Made by a program: the position numbers and the translations under genes. DNA of 64,000 nucleotides, from the NCBI GenBank assembly GCA_001767195.1, contig MEKU01000007.1:53488-117487 (forward strand), given 5' to 3'. Position 1 is the first letter of the stretch, and each line of letters opens with the position of its first letter. This DNA comes from Acidobacteria bacterium RIFCSPLOWO2_02_FULL_67_21 (GTDB taxonomy: Bacteria; Acidobacteriota; Vicinamibacteria; Vicinamibacterales; UBA2999). The notes below the pieces were generated by a model. The model was not told the origin of the DNA and searched no databases. It saw nothing but the letters and a program-made list of their open reading frames with translations. Shown in pieces: positions 48,858 to 57,548 of this stretch.

Positions 48858-48906
48858 GATTGGATTAGAAGCGGTTTCATGACCCGGCGCCGGCACCAAA
48901 TCGTTC

Positions 48907-48945
48907 GTAGTGCCGGGCTTCAGCCCGGCTAAAGCCGGGCACTAC
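48907..48945. repeat. REP-like palindromic element, family A, copy 3
   Basis: gtagtgccgggcttcagcccggctaaagccgggcactac. Confidence 0.8.
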
Positions 48946-48964
48946 GTTGGTTCATGAATCCGGT

Positions 48965-49498
48965 CTAGACCCCGCCGTCGCACACGAGCGTGCCGCAGCT
49001 CTGCCTGTTGCACGGAAAGGACACCGCTCCCTCGTAGTGACAGCCGGGCGGCGGCGCGGCGCAGTCGATGACCGGACATTCAGCCTTGCCGGTTCCACAG
49101 GTCAGGTGGCCGCAGGACACCGCGCTACATGGGCCGACGAGCAGCCCGCCGCGGTAAACACATCCGTCGGGCGGATCGATACACCTGATCTCACATTGAT
49201 CGGGCGCGCCCTGACTCACCAGGTAGCGTGCGGAGATGCCCGATCCAGCCGAACCCGCCGCTCCGCCGCCCATCAGTCCCAACGGCACCGCACTCGGCGC
49301 CGCGGGCGCGCCATTCGACCCGAAATCCGAACAGGACACCAGAGCGAGCACGATGATGAGCAGCGACCCCGTGAGAGTGGAGCGCCGGAATTGATTGCAC
49401 AGTGCGCGTCCTCCGTCTTCAGCGAAGATGTCACGGCCGAGGATACACCCATCCCGGGCGGATCGGGATATCAGCGGTTCCACTGATCGCTGATCCAT
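48965..49498 (-). CDS. Cys-rich lipoprotein with an internally duplicated Cys module; start uncertain
   Basis: Lipobox LALVSC. C-terminal C..C..PPDGC......C....CG.L.C occurs twice. ATG 49498 overlaps the upstream gene. CTG 49402 is preceded by GGAGGA and would give a textbook lipoprotein signal. Confidence 0.55.
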   Translation of the reverse strand: MDQRSVEPLISRSARDGCILGRDIFAEDGGRALCNQFRRSTLTGSLLIIVLALVSCSDFGSNGAPAAPSAVPLGLMGGGAAGSAGSGISARYLVSQGAPDQCEIRCIDPPDGCVYRGGLLVGPCSAVSCGHLTCGTGKAECPVIDCAAPPPGCHYEGAVSFPCNRQSCGTLVCDGGV

Positions 49499-50169
49499 CG
49501 TCCACCGCGCGACAGGGCAGCCATGTAGCCGCCCATGGCGTAGTGGCTCGCGCCCATCAGCGCCTCGAAGCGGACCGGCCGGCCCATCCGCTCGAGCGCT
49601 GCCGCGCGCGCCTCCGCCTGCGCGAACGGCACCACCTCGTCGTCACGTCCGTGGATCACGTATGTCGGGATGCGCGCGAGCGTCTCGATCGGCTCGCCGG
49701 TCCGGCCGGCGATCACGATCGCACCCGCAAACCGGTCCTGATGGCGCGCCGAGAGGTACCAGGCGCCGGCTCCCCCCATGCTGTAGCCGGCGACGAGCGT
49801 GCGGCGGCTGTCGATGGAAAACTCGCGGCCGACGGCATCGATCAGCGCGAGCACCATCTGTTCCGCCTTCGGCTCCGTCCACGAGCCGAGGGGCGCGTCG
49901 GGCGCAATCATGATCGAGCCGAGCGCCGACAGCCCGGGCAGGAACACCGAGCGCATATACCGATCGCCGTAGAACAGCATGCCGGCGCCGCCGCCGGGAT
50001 GGAGCGCCACCACGAGCGGGCGCGGCGATGACGCGTCGTAGCTTCTCGGCACGGCCAGACCGTACCGGGCGATGGTGCCATCGGGCGTCTTGAACGTGCG
50101 CCGTTCGAGCCGTGGCTGCCCCGGCTGCGCCACGAGGGCCACGACCGAGAGGGCGAGCAGCAGTTTCAT
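49471..50169 (-). CDS. Secreted alpha/beta hydrolase (esterase family)
   Basis: Signal peptide MKLLLALSVVALVA and the GYSMGG nucleophile elbow. Conserved D and H are plausible (HGRDDEVV, SHY). Confidence 0.75.
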   Translation of the reverse strand: MKLLLALSVVALVAQPGQPRLERRTFKTPDGTIARYGLAVPRSYDASSPRPLVVALHPGGGAGMLFYGDRYMRSVFLPGLSALGSIMIAPDAPLGSWTEPKAEQMVLALIDAVGREFSIDSRRTLVAGYSMGGAGAWYLSARHQDRFAGAIVIAGRTGEPIETLARIPTYVIHGRDDEVVPFAQAEARAAALERMGRPVRFEALMGASHYAMGGYMAALSRGGRWISDQWNR

Positions 50170-50198
50170 GGTGCGCACAGTGTAGACTGCCGATCCAC

Positions 50199-51380
50199 AT
50201 GTCCTCAACGCTCACCCACCTGCAATGTTCCAGGCCGACATGCGGGAAGGTCCTCGATCACACGACTCCCAGAAACCTGTGCCCCGAGTGCCACGGGCCG
50301 CTCCTGGCGCGATACGACCTCGACGCCGCGCGCCGCACGCTCACCCGTGAGGCGCTGGCGACGCGGCCCGCGTCGATGTGGCGCTATCGGGAGGTCCTGC
50401 CGCCCGCGCCGCCCGTGTCGCTCGGCGAAGGGATGACGCCGCTCGTCCGGGCGAACCGTCTCGCCCACCAGATCGGCATCGACCGCCTCTATATCAAGGA
50501 CGAGGGGCAGAACCCGACCGCCTCCTTCAAGGCGCGCGGGCTTTCGGCCGCCGTGACCATGGCCAAGGCGCTCGGGATCGACACGATCGCGCTGCCGACG
50601 GCCGGCAACGCAGGGGGCGCGGCGGCGGCCTACGCGGCGCGGGCGGGCCTGCACTGCGTCGTCGCCATGCCGTCCGACACTCCGGGCGCGATCGTGCTCG
50701 AGTGCCGCGCGTTCGGCGCCGACGTGCGCCTGATCGACGGCCTGATCTCCGATTGCGGCGCGTTCATCGCGCAGCAGGCGCCGACGCACGGCTGGTACGA
50801 GGTGTCGACGCTCAAGGAGCCGTACCGCATCGAAGGCAAGAAGACGATGGGCTACGAGCTCTGGGAGGACTTCGAGGGCGCACTCCCCGACGTCATCGTC
50901 TATCCCACCGGCGGAGGCGTGGGCCTCATCGGCATGTGGAAAGCGTTCGAGGAGCTCGAGGCGATGGGGCTCACGGGCAGCAAGCGGCCGCGGATGATTG
51001 CCGCGCAGGCGGCCGGATGCGCCCCGATCGTGCGGGCGTTCGACCGGCGCGCGCCGGCCGCTGAGGCCTGGCCGGACGCGGCCACCGTGGCCGCCGGGCT
51101 GCGCGTGCCCAAGCCGCTCGGCGACTTTCTGATTCTCGCCGACCTCTACGCGAGCGGCGGCCAGGCCGTTGCCGTCGATGATGGGGCGCTGATGGCCGCA
51201 TGCCGCGAGATGGCGCGGCTCGAGGGCATCCTGGCCGCGCCCGAAGGAGGCGCGGGGCTCGCGGCCATTCAGCAGCTCGTCGCGCGCGGCCAGATCGGCC
51301 GCGGCGAGTCGGTCGTGCTGTTCAACACCGGCAGCGGCTACAAGTACCTCGAAGCATGGCAGGCGGCGCTCGCCGGGTAG
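50199..51380 (+). CDS. thrC: Threonine synthase
   Basis: Zn-ribbon-like N-terminus (C..C...C..C), the PLP lysine motif NPTASFKARG, and full-length similarity. Start at ATG 50199. Confidence 0.85.
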   Translation: MSSTLTHLQCSRPTCGKVLDHTTPRNLCPECHGPLLARYDLDAARRTLTREALATRPASMWRYREVLPPAPPVSLGEGMTPLVRANRLAHQIGIDRLYIKDEGQNPTASFKARGLSAAVTMAKALGIDTIALPTAGNAGGAAAAYAARAGLHCVVAMPSDTPGAIVLECRAFGADVRLIDGLISDCGAFIAQQAPTHGWYEVSTLKEPYRIEGKKTMGYELWEDFEGALPDVIVYPTGGGVGLIGMWKAFEELEAMGLTGSKRPRMIAAQAAGCAPIVRAFDRRAPAAEAWPDAATVAAGLRVPKPLGDFLILADLYASGGQAVAVDDGALMAACREMARLEGILAAPEGGAGLAAIQQLVARGQIGRGESVVLFNTGSGYKYLEAWQAALAG

Positions 51381-51381
51381 C

Positions 51382-52797
51382 GTGCTGACGCGGGCCGTGC
51401 ACACCGTCGGCGCGCCGGCCGTCTTTCTGGCGCTGCTGCTCGTCCCGCTGCCGGGTGTGCCCTACGAGGTCCGCGGCAGCCTCGGGCTGCTCGTCTGGAT
51501 GTCGTGGTGGTGGATCGCGATGCCGGTCGATCTCGCGGTCACGGCATTCCTGCCGCCGGTCGTCCTGGCAATCTTCAATTTCCTGCCGGTCACCGCGATC
51601 CTGCCGGCCTATTCCGAGCCGCTGGTGTTTCTCCTGCTCGGCGCCAACATCCTGTCGACGCTCTGGCGGCGCTGGGGGCTCGACCGGCGGATCGCGCTCG
51701 TGTCGCTGCTGGCGATCGGGACAGGCGCACGACAGCAGCTTATCGCATGGTTCGTGGTGGCGGCGGCGCTCAGCTCCATCCTGCCGAATGCGGTCGTCGC
51801 CGCGGCCATGATGCCCGTCGTCATCGCGATGCTCCGCTTCATCGGCATCGCGGACTTGCGCACGAGCGTGTTCGGGTCTGCCCTGATCATCGCGGTGGCC
51901 TGGGGCACCAGCGTGGGCGGCGCCGCCACGCCGCTCGGCGGGGCGCACAACCTGCTCACCGTCCAGTTCGTGGAGGAGCTGCTCGGCCGCGAGTTCCTGT
52001 TCACGACGTGGCTCGTCCGCCTGGCGCCGCTGACGGTGCTTGCCACCGCGGCTGCCGCCCTGTTCATGACGGCCGCGCTCAAACCCGAGCTCGATCGCGT
52101 GGAGGGGACTCGCGCGTACTTCTCACAGGAGCTGCACGGGCTCGGCCCGATGTCGGCGCCGGAGCGCATCGGCCTGGCGTTCTTTGCGGCGGCGACGCTG
52201 CTCTCCTTCACCAGGCAGCTCTATGCGCCGTGGCTCCCGGGCCTGACGCCGGCCTTCGCGTTCATCGCGTTCGGCATCCTGAGCTTCGTGGTGCGTCACA
52301 GGGGCGAGGCGCTGCTGGAGTGGAACTACGCCGAGAAGCAGATGACCTGGGGCCTCATCTTCCTGTTCGCCGGAGGCTCCGCTCTTGGACAGGTGCTCAG
52401 CGACACCGGCACGGCGAAGTTCCTGGCCGATCGCCTCATCCCGCTGGCGGGCGGCGGCCCGTTCGCCGCTATCGTGGTGTTCTCGCTGATCGCGGTCGTC
52501 CTGACGCAGATCACGAGCAACACGGCGGCCGCGGCGATCGTCATTCCGATCACGATCAGCACGTGCCAGGGGCTGGAGATCAACCCGATGCCCTATGTCT
52601 ACATCGCAGGCGCGGCGGTGAACTTCGGCATCATGCTGCCCTCCTCGTCGGCTGGGCCGGCCATCGCCGCCGGCTACGGCGCCGATGTGCGGACGATGTT
52701 CTGGCAGGGCGCGAAGCTGACGGCGCTCTTGTGGACGCTGCTCGTCGTCGCCGGCTACCTCCTGACACGCTTCTGGCCGGTCTTCGGGTCGGCGTAG
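51382..52797 (+). CDS. SLC13/DASS family anion permease
   Basis: About 12 TM segments with motifs as remembered for Na+/sulfate-dicarboxylate symporters (ITSNTAAAAIVIPI). GTG start 1 nt after the thrC stop. Confidence 0.7.
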   Translation: MLTRAVHTVGAPAVFLALLLVPLPGVPYEVRGSLGLLVWMSWWWIAMPVDLAVTAFLPPVVLAIFNFLPVTAILPAYSEPLVFLLLGANILSTLWRRWGLDRRIALVSLLAIGTGARQQLIAWFVVAAALSSILPNAVVAAAMMPVVIAMLRFIGIADLRTSVFGSALIIAVAWGTSVGGAATPLGGAHNLLTVQFVEELLGREFLFTTWLVRLAPLTVLATAAAALFMTAALKPELDRVEGTRAYFSQELHGLGPMSAPERIGLAFFAAATLLSFTRQLYAPWLPGLTPAFAFIAFGILSFVVRHRGEALLEWNYAEKQMTWGLIFLFAGGSALGQVLSDTGTAKFLADRLIPLAGGGPFAAIVVFSLIAVVLTQITSNTAAAAIVIPITISTCQGLEINPMPYVYIAGAAVNFGIMLPSSSAGPAIAAGYGADVRTMFWQGAKLTALLWTLLVVAGYLLTRFWPVFGSA

Positions 52798-52949
52798 CGC
52801 CCGGTACCGGGTCGGACGCCGCGGTTGGAGACGCAGGGCGGGTTCCGTGCCGGAGGTGCGATCGCATCGACCGGCGAACCCGCCAATCGCATATCATACG
52901 CACCGCGTCGCCGGCCTTTGTCTGTTCCGGCCCTGATCGAGGAGGAAGC

Positions 52950-55001
52950 ATGGCGAAACCGTTCCCATGGACGGCGCTCGTCGTGGCCGCCGCCCTGGCG
53001 GTGACGGCATCCCCAGCCGCCGCCCACATCACGCGGATCGTCATCGACCCGACACTGTCGGAGTCGCCCGCCTTCGAAGGGCGGGTGTTCGGGCCGGACG
53101 GCCGCGTCGGGCCCTACGAGAAGCTTCGCGGCAGGGCGTACGGAGAAGTCGACCCTGATGACCCGCGCAATGCCGTCATCACCGATCTGGCGGGGGCGCC
53201 GCGCAACGCGCGCGGCAACGTCGAGTACTCGATGGACATCGTGATCCTCAAACCGATGAATCCGGGCACGGGCAACCGGCGGCTGATCCTTGATTTCAAC
53301 AACCGCGGCGACCTGCGGACCGCGGCGCTGAACGATGCCGGGCTGACGAACAACCCGATGAAGGCCGCCGACGCGGGCAACGGATTCCTCATGGACCTCG
53401 GCTATGCGATCGCCGGCAACGGATGGGACTTCGGTGCGTCGGCCGAGGCCGGCGGACTCACGATCTCGGTTCCGGTCGCCAGGAATGCGGGCGGCTCGAG
53501 CGTCACGGGCCCCTCGTACGAGTACATCGTCTTCGACAATCCGAAGAGCCTGCGCTCCACGCTCACCTACCCTGCCGCGACACTCGACCGGATGAAGGCG
53601 AGACTGACGGTGCGCGCAAGGCTCGACGACCAGCCGGTGGAAGTGCCCGCGGACGGGTGGGAATACGTCGACGCCCGCACGATCCGGCTGCGTCCGGCGG
53701 GCACGCCGTTCAGGCAGAGCGACATCTACGAGTTCACGTACACGGCGAAGGATCCGGTGGTGGCGGCCGTGGGGCTCGCCGCCACGCGCGATTTCGTCTC
53801 GTTCCTCCGGCACGAGGCGAAGGACGCCGCAGGCGCGGCAAACCCGCTTGCCGGCGCCGTGCGGCACACGCTCAGCTTTTCCATCTCACAGCCGTCGCGG
53901 ACGCTGAACGACTTCCTCGCGCTCGGCTTCAACCAGGACGAACGCGGCCGGCGTGTCGTCGACGGCATGCTCAAGTGGACCGGCGGCGGAAGTGGCGTGC
54001 AGATCAACTACCGGTTCGCGCAACCGGGCCGGACCGAACGCAATCGCCAGAACCACCTTTATCCCGAGGGTGTCTTCCCGTTCGCGTATCCGGTCATGAC
54101 GGATCACCTCAGCGGCCGGGCCGCTGGACGGGGCGCCCGCTGCGAGGCGAGCGGCACGTGTCCCCGGATCTTCGACGCCAACTCCGCCAATGAGTACTGG
54201 GTCAAGGCCGGCTCGCTGCTGCACACCGACACGAAGGGCGACGATCTCGCCGATCCGGCGTACGTGCGCTTCTATCTGATCTCGGGACTCTCGCACGGCG
54301 TCGGCGCGCCGAACAACCGCAGCATCTGCCAGCAGCTCCTGAACCCGACCAGCCCGTTCCCGGCGCTCCGCGCGCTGCTCGTCGCGCTGGATCGGTGGGT
54401 CAGCGACGGCACCGCGCCGCCGCCCAGTCAGGTGCCGCGGCGCGCCGATGGCACCGCCGTGATGGCCGTCCCCAGGCCCGGACGCCAGACCGGCGTCGTC
54501 CCGCGGGAGCTGCTCGGCTGGCCGGCCATCCCAGGCGTGACCTACACGGGCCTGATTACGAACCGCTACCATCTCGATTTCGGACCGCTGCTCGACAAGG
54601 GCCTCGTCTCGAAGATTCCACCATCGCTCGCCGATCGTCGTTCGTATCCGATTTTCGTATCGCGGGTCGATCAGGATGGCAACGAAGTGGCCGGCATCCG
54701 GCTTCCACCCGTCGCGGCGCCGCTGGCGACCACGACCGGCTGGGCGCTGCGGCGCGAGGGCTTCGGGGAGAACGACGGGTGCGAGGCAAACGGTCAGTCC
54801 GTGCCGCTCAGGAGAACGCGGGCCGAGCGCCAGGCTGCCGGCGATCCGCGCCTCTCGCTCGAGGAACGCTACGCGAATCACGCCGGATATGTGGCGGGGG
54901 TCGGCGCGGCGGCGCGCCGGCTGGAGACGCAGCGGCTTCTGCTGCCGGCGGACGTGCGCCGGTACATCGAAGAGGCGGAGGCGAGCGAGGTGCTTCGATG
55001 A
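52950..55001 (+). CDS. Secreted hypothetical protein (~683 aa), possibly of the 'alpha/beta hydrolase domain-containing' uncharacterised family
   Basis: GGAGGA SD before ATG 52950, and a signal peptide. VEYSMDIVILKP...NRRLILDFNNRG resembles that family from memory only. Confidence 0.55.
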   Translation: MAKPFPWTALVVAAALAVTASPAAAHITRIVIDPTLSESPAFEGRVFGPDGRVGPYEKLRGRAYGEVDPDDPRNAVITDLAGAPRNARGNVEYSMDIVILKPMNPGTGNRRLILDFNNRGDLRTAALNDAGLTNNPMKAADAGNGFLMDLGYAIAGNGWDFGASAEAGGLTISVPVARNAGGSSVTGPSYEYIVFDNPKSLRSTLTYPAATLDRMKARLTVRARLDDQPVEVPADGWEYVDARTIRLRPAGTPFRQSDIYEFTYTAKDPVVAAVGLAATRDFVSFLRHEAKDAAGAANPLAGAVRHTLSFSISQPSRTLNDFLALGFNQDERGRRVVDGMLKWTGGGSGVQINYRFAQPGRTERNRQNHLYPEGVFPFAYPVMTDHLSGRAAGRGARCEASGTCPRIFDANSANEYWVKAGSLLHTDTKGDDLADPAYVRFYLISGLSHGVGAPNNRSICQQLLNPTSPFPALRALLVALDRWVSDGTAPPPSQVPRRADGTAVMAVPRPGRQTGVVPRELLGWPAIPGVTYTGLITNRYHLDFGPLLDKGLVSKIPPSLADRRSYPIFVSRVDQDGNEVAGIRLPPVAAPLATTTGWALRREGFGENDGCEANGQSVPLRRTRAERQAAGDPRLSLEERYANHAGYVAGVGAAARRLETQRLLLPADVRRYIEEAEASEVLR

Positions 55002-55195
55002 CAACACGATGCCGAGTGTCCTCGGCCACGATCACGGAATACGAGTGGAACTTCGGCGACGGGAGCAGCCGCACCCGGCCCGTCGCCAATGTGAATCACG
55101 TGTACAACGAGAAAGGCATCTTCAGAGTGCGGCTCGTCGCGGTCAAGTCGGGAGGCGGCACGATCGAAACGGAGAGCGACGTCAGGGTTGAATAG
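54998..55195 (+). CDS. Stand-alone partial PKD domain (65 aa), ATGA-coupled to the upstream gene
   Basis: YEWNFGDGS...NHVYNEKGIFRVRLVAV PKD core. No signal peptide, and the first strands of the domain are absent. Confidence 0.45.
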   Translation: MTTRCRVSSATITEYEWNFGDGSSRTRPVANVNHVYNEKGIFRVRLVAVKSGGGTIETESDVRVE

Positions 55196-56282
55196 GCCAT
55201 CGGGGAGCCTGTATCATCTGCCGGTGAGACCGCGGACGCTTCTGACCCGCGTCTGGAATCGACTCGGCCTTGCGACGGCGCATGACACGGCGCGTGCGGC
55301 CGAGCGGATCGGCAAGCGGCTGGACCGCTGGGAGAAGCGCGCCGAACGGGCTGCCGAGTCGCGCAATGAGCAGGCGACGCAGGCGGCCGCGATCGCCGGG
55401 ACGCTCGAGGAGCTGAAGGCGTCGGTCGGCAAGCTCCAGGGGGCGCTCGATACCACCAGCGACCAGCTGCAGCGGCTGGCCGTCGCGCGAAAAGGGGATC
55501 TCCAGGCGGTCGAGGACCTGCCTCGCTTTGCCGCCACCCTCGAGCAGATGGCCGGCGCCGTCGACGCGCACCTCGAACGCACGATGGCGCGCGCCCAGGT
55601 GGCCCGCGACCCCTTCCCTCATATCATCATCGACGAGTTCCTGCCGCCGGCGCTCTACCGCACGATGCTCGAAACGCTTCCCCCGGCCGACTTCTGGAGT
55701 TCGAGCGGCTACAGCCGCGACTACTGGGAGATCGAGAGCCACGTCGGCCCATGGCGCACCGAGCTGGTCTGGCGCTTCGTCGATCGCCGCGTCGTCGATG
55801 GCATGCTGCGCCCGCGGCTCGAGCAGGCCTTCAGCGACGACCTCGCCCCCTTGTGGCGCGAGAGCTACGGCGTGGATCCCGCGCGCGTGCGCTACCGGAT
55901 GGCCGAAGGGCGCCTGCAGCTCCGCCGCAAGGGCTACCGCCTGCGCCCGCACCTCGATCCGCCTCATGCCGCGTTGACCGGACTCATGTACCTGGCGCGG
56001 CCCGGCGACGATGCCCGGTACGGAACGGCGCTGTACCGGCCGTTGAGCCCGATTCCCGTGAAACGGCAGGGCATCTACTATCCCGAGGACCACGGCATCG
56101 CCCTCGAGAACGTCGGCATGGTGCCGTTCAAGGCCAACTCGCTGCTGGTGTGGATGACCGCGCTCGGTCCGCACGGCGCCGATCTGACGGCGGACGACGT
56201 GCCGAAATCGCTCGAGCGTTACACGTATCACTTTCAGCTCCTGACCGACGACGAGACCAGGCGGCGTATCAAGGCGCGGTGA
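55188..56282 (+). CDS. Hypothetical protein with an N-terminal coiled coil and a putative 2OG-Fe(II)-oxygenase-like C-terminal domain
   Basis: PFPHIIIDEFLP and LRPHLDP (HxD-like) motifs. TTG start is uncertain (alternative GTG ~55221). Confidence 0.5.
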   Translation: MNRPSGSLYHLPVRPRTLLTRVWNRLGLATAHDTARAAERIGKRLDRWEKRAERAAESRNEQATQAAAIAGTLEELKASVGKLQGALDTTSDQLQRLAVARKGDLQAVEDLPRFAATLEQMAGAVDAHLERTMARAQVARDPFPHIIIDEFLPPALYRTMLETLPPADFWSSSGYSRDYWEIESHVGPWRTELVWRFVDRRVVDGMLRPRLEQAFSDDLAPLWRESYGVDPARVRYRMAEGRLQLRRKGYRLRPHLDPPHAALTGLMYLARPGDDARYGTALYRPLSPIPVKRQGIYYPEDHGIALENVGMVPFKANSLLVWMTALGPHGADLTADDVPKSLERYTYHFQLLTDDETRRRIKAR

Positions 56283-56388
56283 CCGCCGTCGCCGCACGAA
56301 ACCGGCGAATTCCGCACGCGGATCCGCCCCGCGTGCTACAGTACCTGCAGCTGTTCTGAGCCTCCCGCCGCTTCGCGGGTTCCTCACC

Positions 56389-56604
56389 ATGGCCTTTCCT
56401 GGGAGGAACCCCCTCGTCATGGTGACTCGCCCTATACATCTGAACGCCTACGAATTCGTCGCCGTTGCGGCACTTCGCGCCAAACAGCTCGTCGCCGGGT
56501 GCACGCCGCGTCTCGAGGGTGACCACAGCGCCGCAACCATGGCGCAGATGGAAGTGGCTGCCGGGCGCGTGGCGCGTCTCGTGGAGATCATCGAGCCTGC
56601 ATGA
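56389..56604 (+). CDS. rpoZ: RNA polymerase omega-subunit-like protein
   Basis: NAYEFVAVAALRAKQLVAGCTP....MAQMEVAAGRV matches the omega core pattern N.[FY]..V..A..RA[RK]QL..G..P. Alternative start 56419. Confidence 0.55.
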   Translation: MAFPGRNPLVMVTRPIHLNAYEFVAVAALRAKQLVAGCTPRLEGDHSAATMAQMEVAAGRVARLVEIIEPA

Positions 56605-56984
56605 CCCTGTGGCTCGCCGCTGTCGGCGGCCGGTTCGCCTATCTCGTGCACCGCGCCCGCGGTCATGCGATGGCGTGGAGGACCGCTCTGCCGGTGGAGG
56701 CGCCTCAGCCGCCGAGCTCGCTCTTCGAAAGCCTCCAGCAGGTGCTGCGGGTGGCGGGAGAATGCCCGGCGGGACCTGTGGGCGATGACATCCGTCGAGC
56801 CGCCTGCGAGCTCGTCGAGGCCAGCTCCTACGCTGCGCGGCATGCCGGCCGGCGGCGCATGCTGAAGGCGATCGCCCGCATCGAATGGCGGCACGCCTCC
56901 GGCCGCAGCCGAGAAGACGACCCGAGCCACTCGACGGCCCGGGATCTGGCCGCGGCACTCCAGTGCGAGCTCCGCGCGGAGTAG
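56601..56984 (+). CDS. Hypothetical protein (127 aa)
   Basis: ATGA overlap with the rpoZ-like gene. No family recognised. Confidence 0.35.
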   Translation: MTLWLAAVGGRFAYLVHRARGHAMAWRTALPVEAPQPPSSLFESLQQVLRVAGECPAGPVGDDIRRAACELVEASSYAARHAGRRRMLKAIARIEWRHASGRSREDDPSHSTARDLAAALQCELRAE

Positions 56985-57143
56985 CCGGGCGCCCGTAGCG
57001 AGCGTGTCGCGCCTGGCGTGCTATACTGGGCGGGTCACGTTGGATCCTGCCGCGTTTGTTCTGTTGCCTGCCCCGTTCCTTCAGTTGCACGCTCCAGAAG
57101 TCATCAAGCCAGCTGCCTCCAACACTTTCAATGGAAGTGTGCA

Positions 57144-57452
57144 ATGAGAATCTACGTAGGAAATCTGTCGTTCAATACCGAGGAGCAGCAGCTCGAGCAG
57201 CTGTTTGCCCCGATCGGTGATGTCGCCTCGGTCCGCCTGATCCGCGATCGCGACACCGGTCGCTCGCGCGGGTTCGGGTTCGTCGAGATGACGGACGACG
57301 CGGCGGGCCGCACCGCGTGCGAGACCCTCGATCAGCAGGAGTTCGAAGGGCGCCGGCTGACGGTCAACGAAGCGAAGCCGCAGGAGCGGCGAACCGGCGG
57401 CTACGCGGGCGGCGGCGGCGACAGCCGTCAGCGTCGCGACGCGCGCTGGTAA
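57144..57452 (+). CDS. RRM-type RNA-binding protein with a Gly-rich tail
   Basis: RNP-2 IYVGNL and RNP-1 RGFGFVEM. Start at ATG 57144. Confidence 0.9.
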   Translation: MRIYVGNLSFNTEEQQLEQLFAPIGDVASVRLIRDRDTGRSRGFGFVEMTDDAAGRTACETLDQQEFEGRRLTVNEAKPQERRTGGYAGGGGDSRQRRDARW

Positions 57453-57466
57453 ACACACCGGATGTC

Positions 57467-57493
57467 GAGGGCCTGGAGATGATCCAGGCCCTC
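57467..57493 (+). terminator. Perfect 11-bp stem hairpin after the RRM gene
   Basis: gagggcctgga-gatga-tccaggccctc followed by gccttgt (weak U-tract). Confidence 0.55.
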
Positions 57494-57548
57494 GCCTTGT
57501 ACGCAGGCAATTGATCTGCGTTCGGACTTCTGGCAGGATTGGCGCACC

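Noticed and set aside
45054-48899. A 1281-aa ORF on the minus strand spanning the DUF5916 gene, an intergenic repeat region and the MHS transporter
   Set aside because: It is antisense to two well-supported plus-strand genes and runs straight through non-coding repeats. It has an R/A/G/P/E/D-rich low-complexity composition and no recognisable motifs. It is a typical stop-codon-poor antisense frame of GC-rich DNA.
51504-52949. The N-terminal 480 codons of the 1165-aa ORF 51504..55001
   Set aside because: This part overlaps the SLC13 permease in another frame and is Arg/Gly/Pro-rich. The real gene starts at ATG 52950, which has a GGAGGA SD and a signal peptide.
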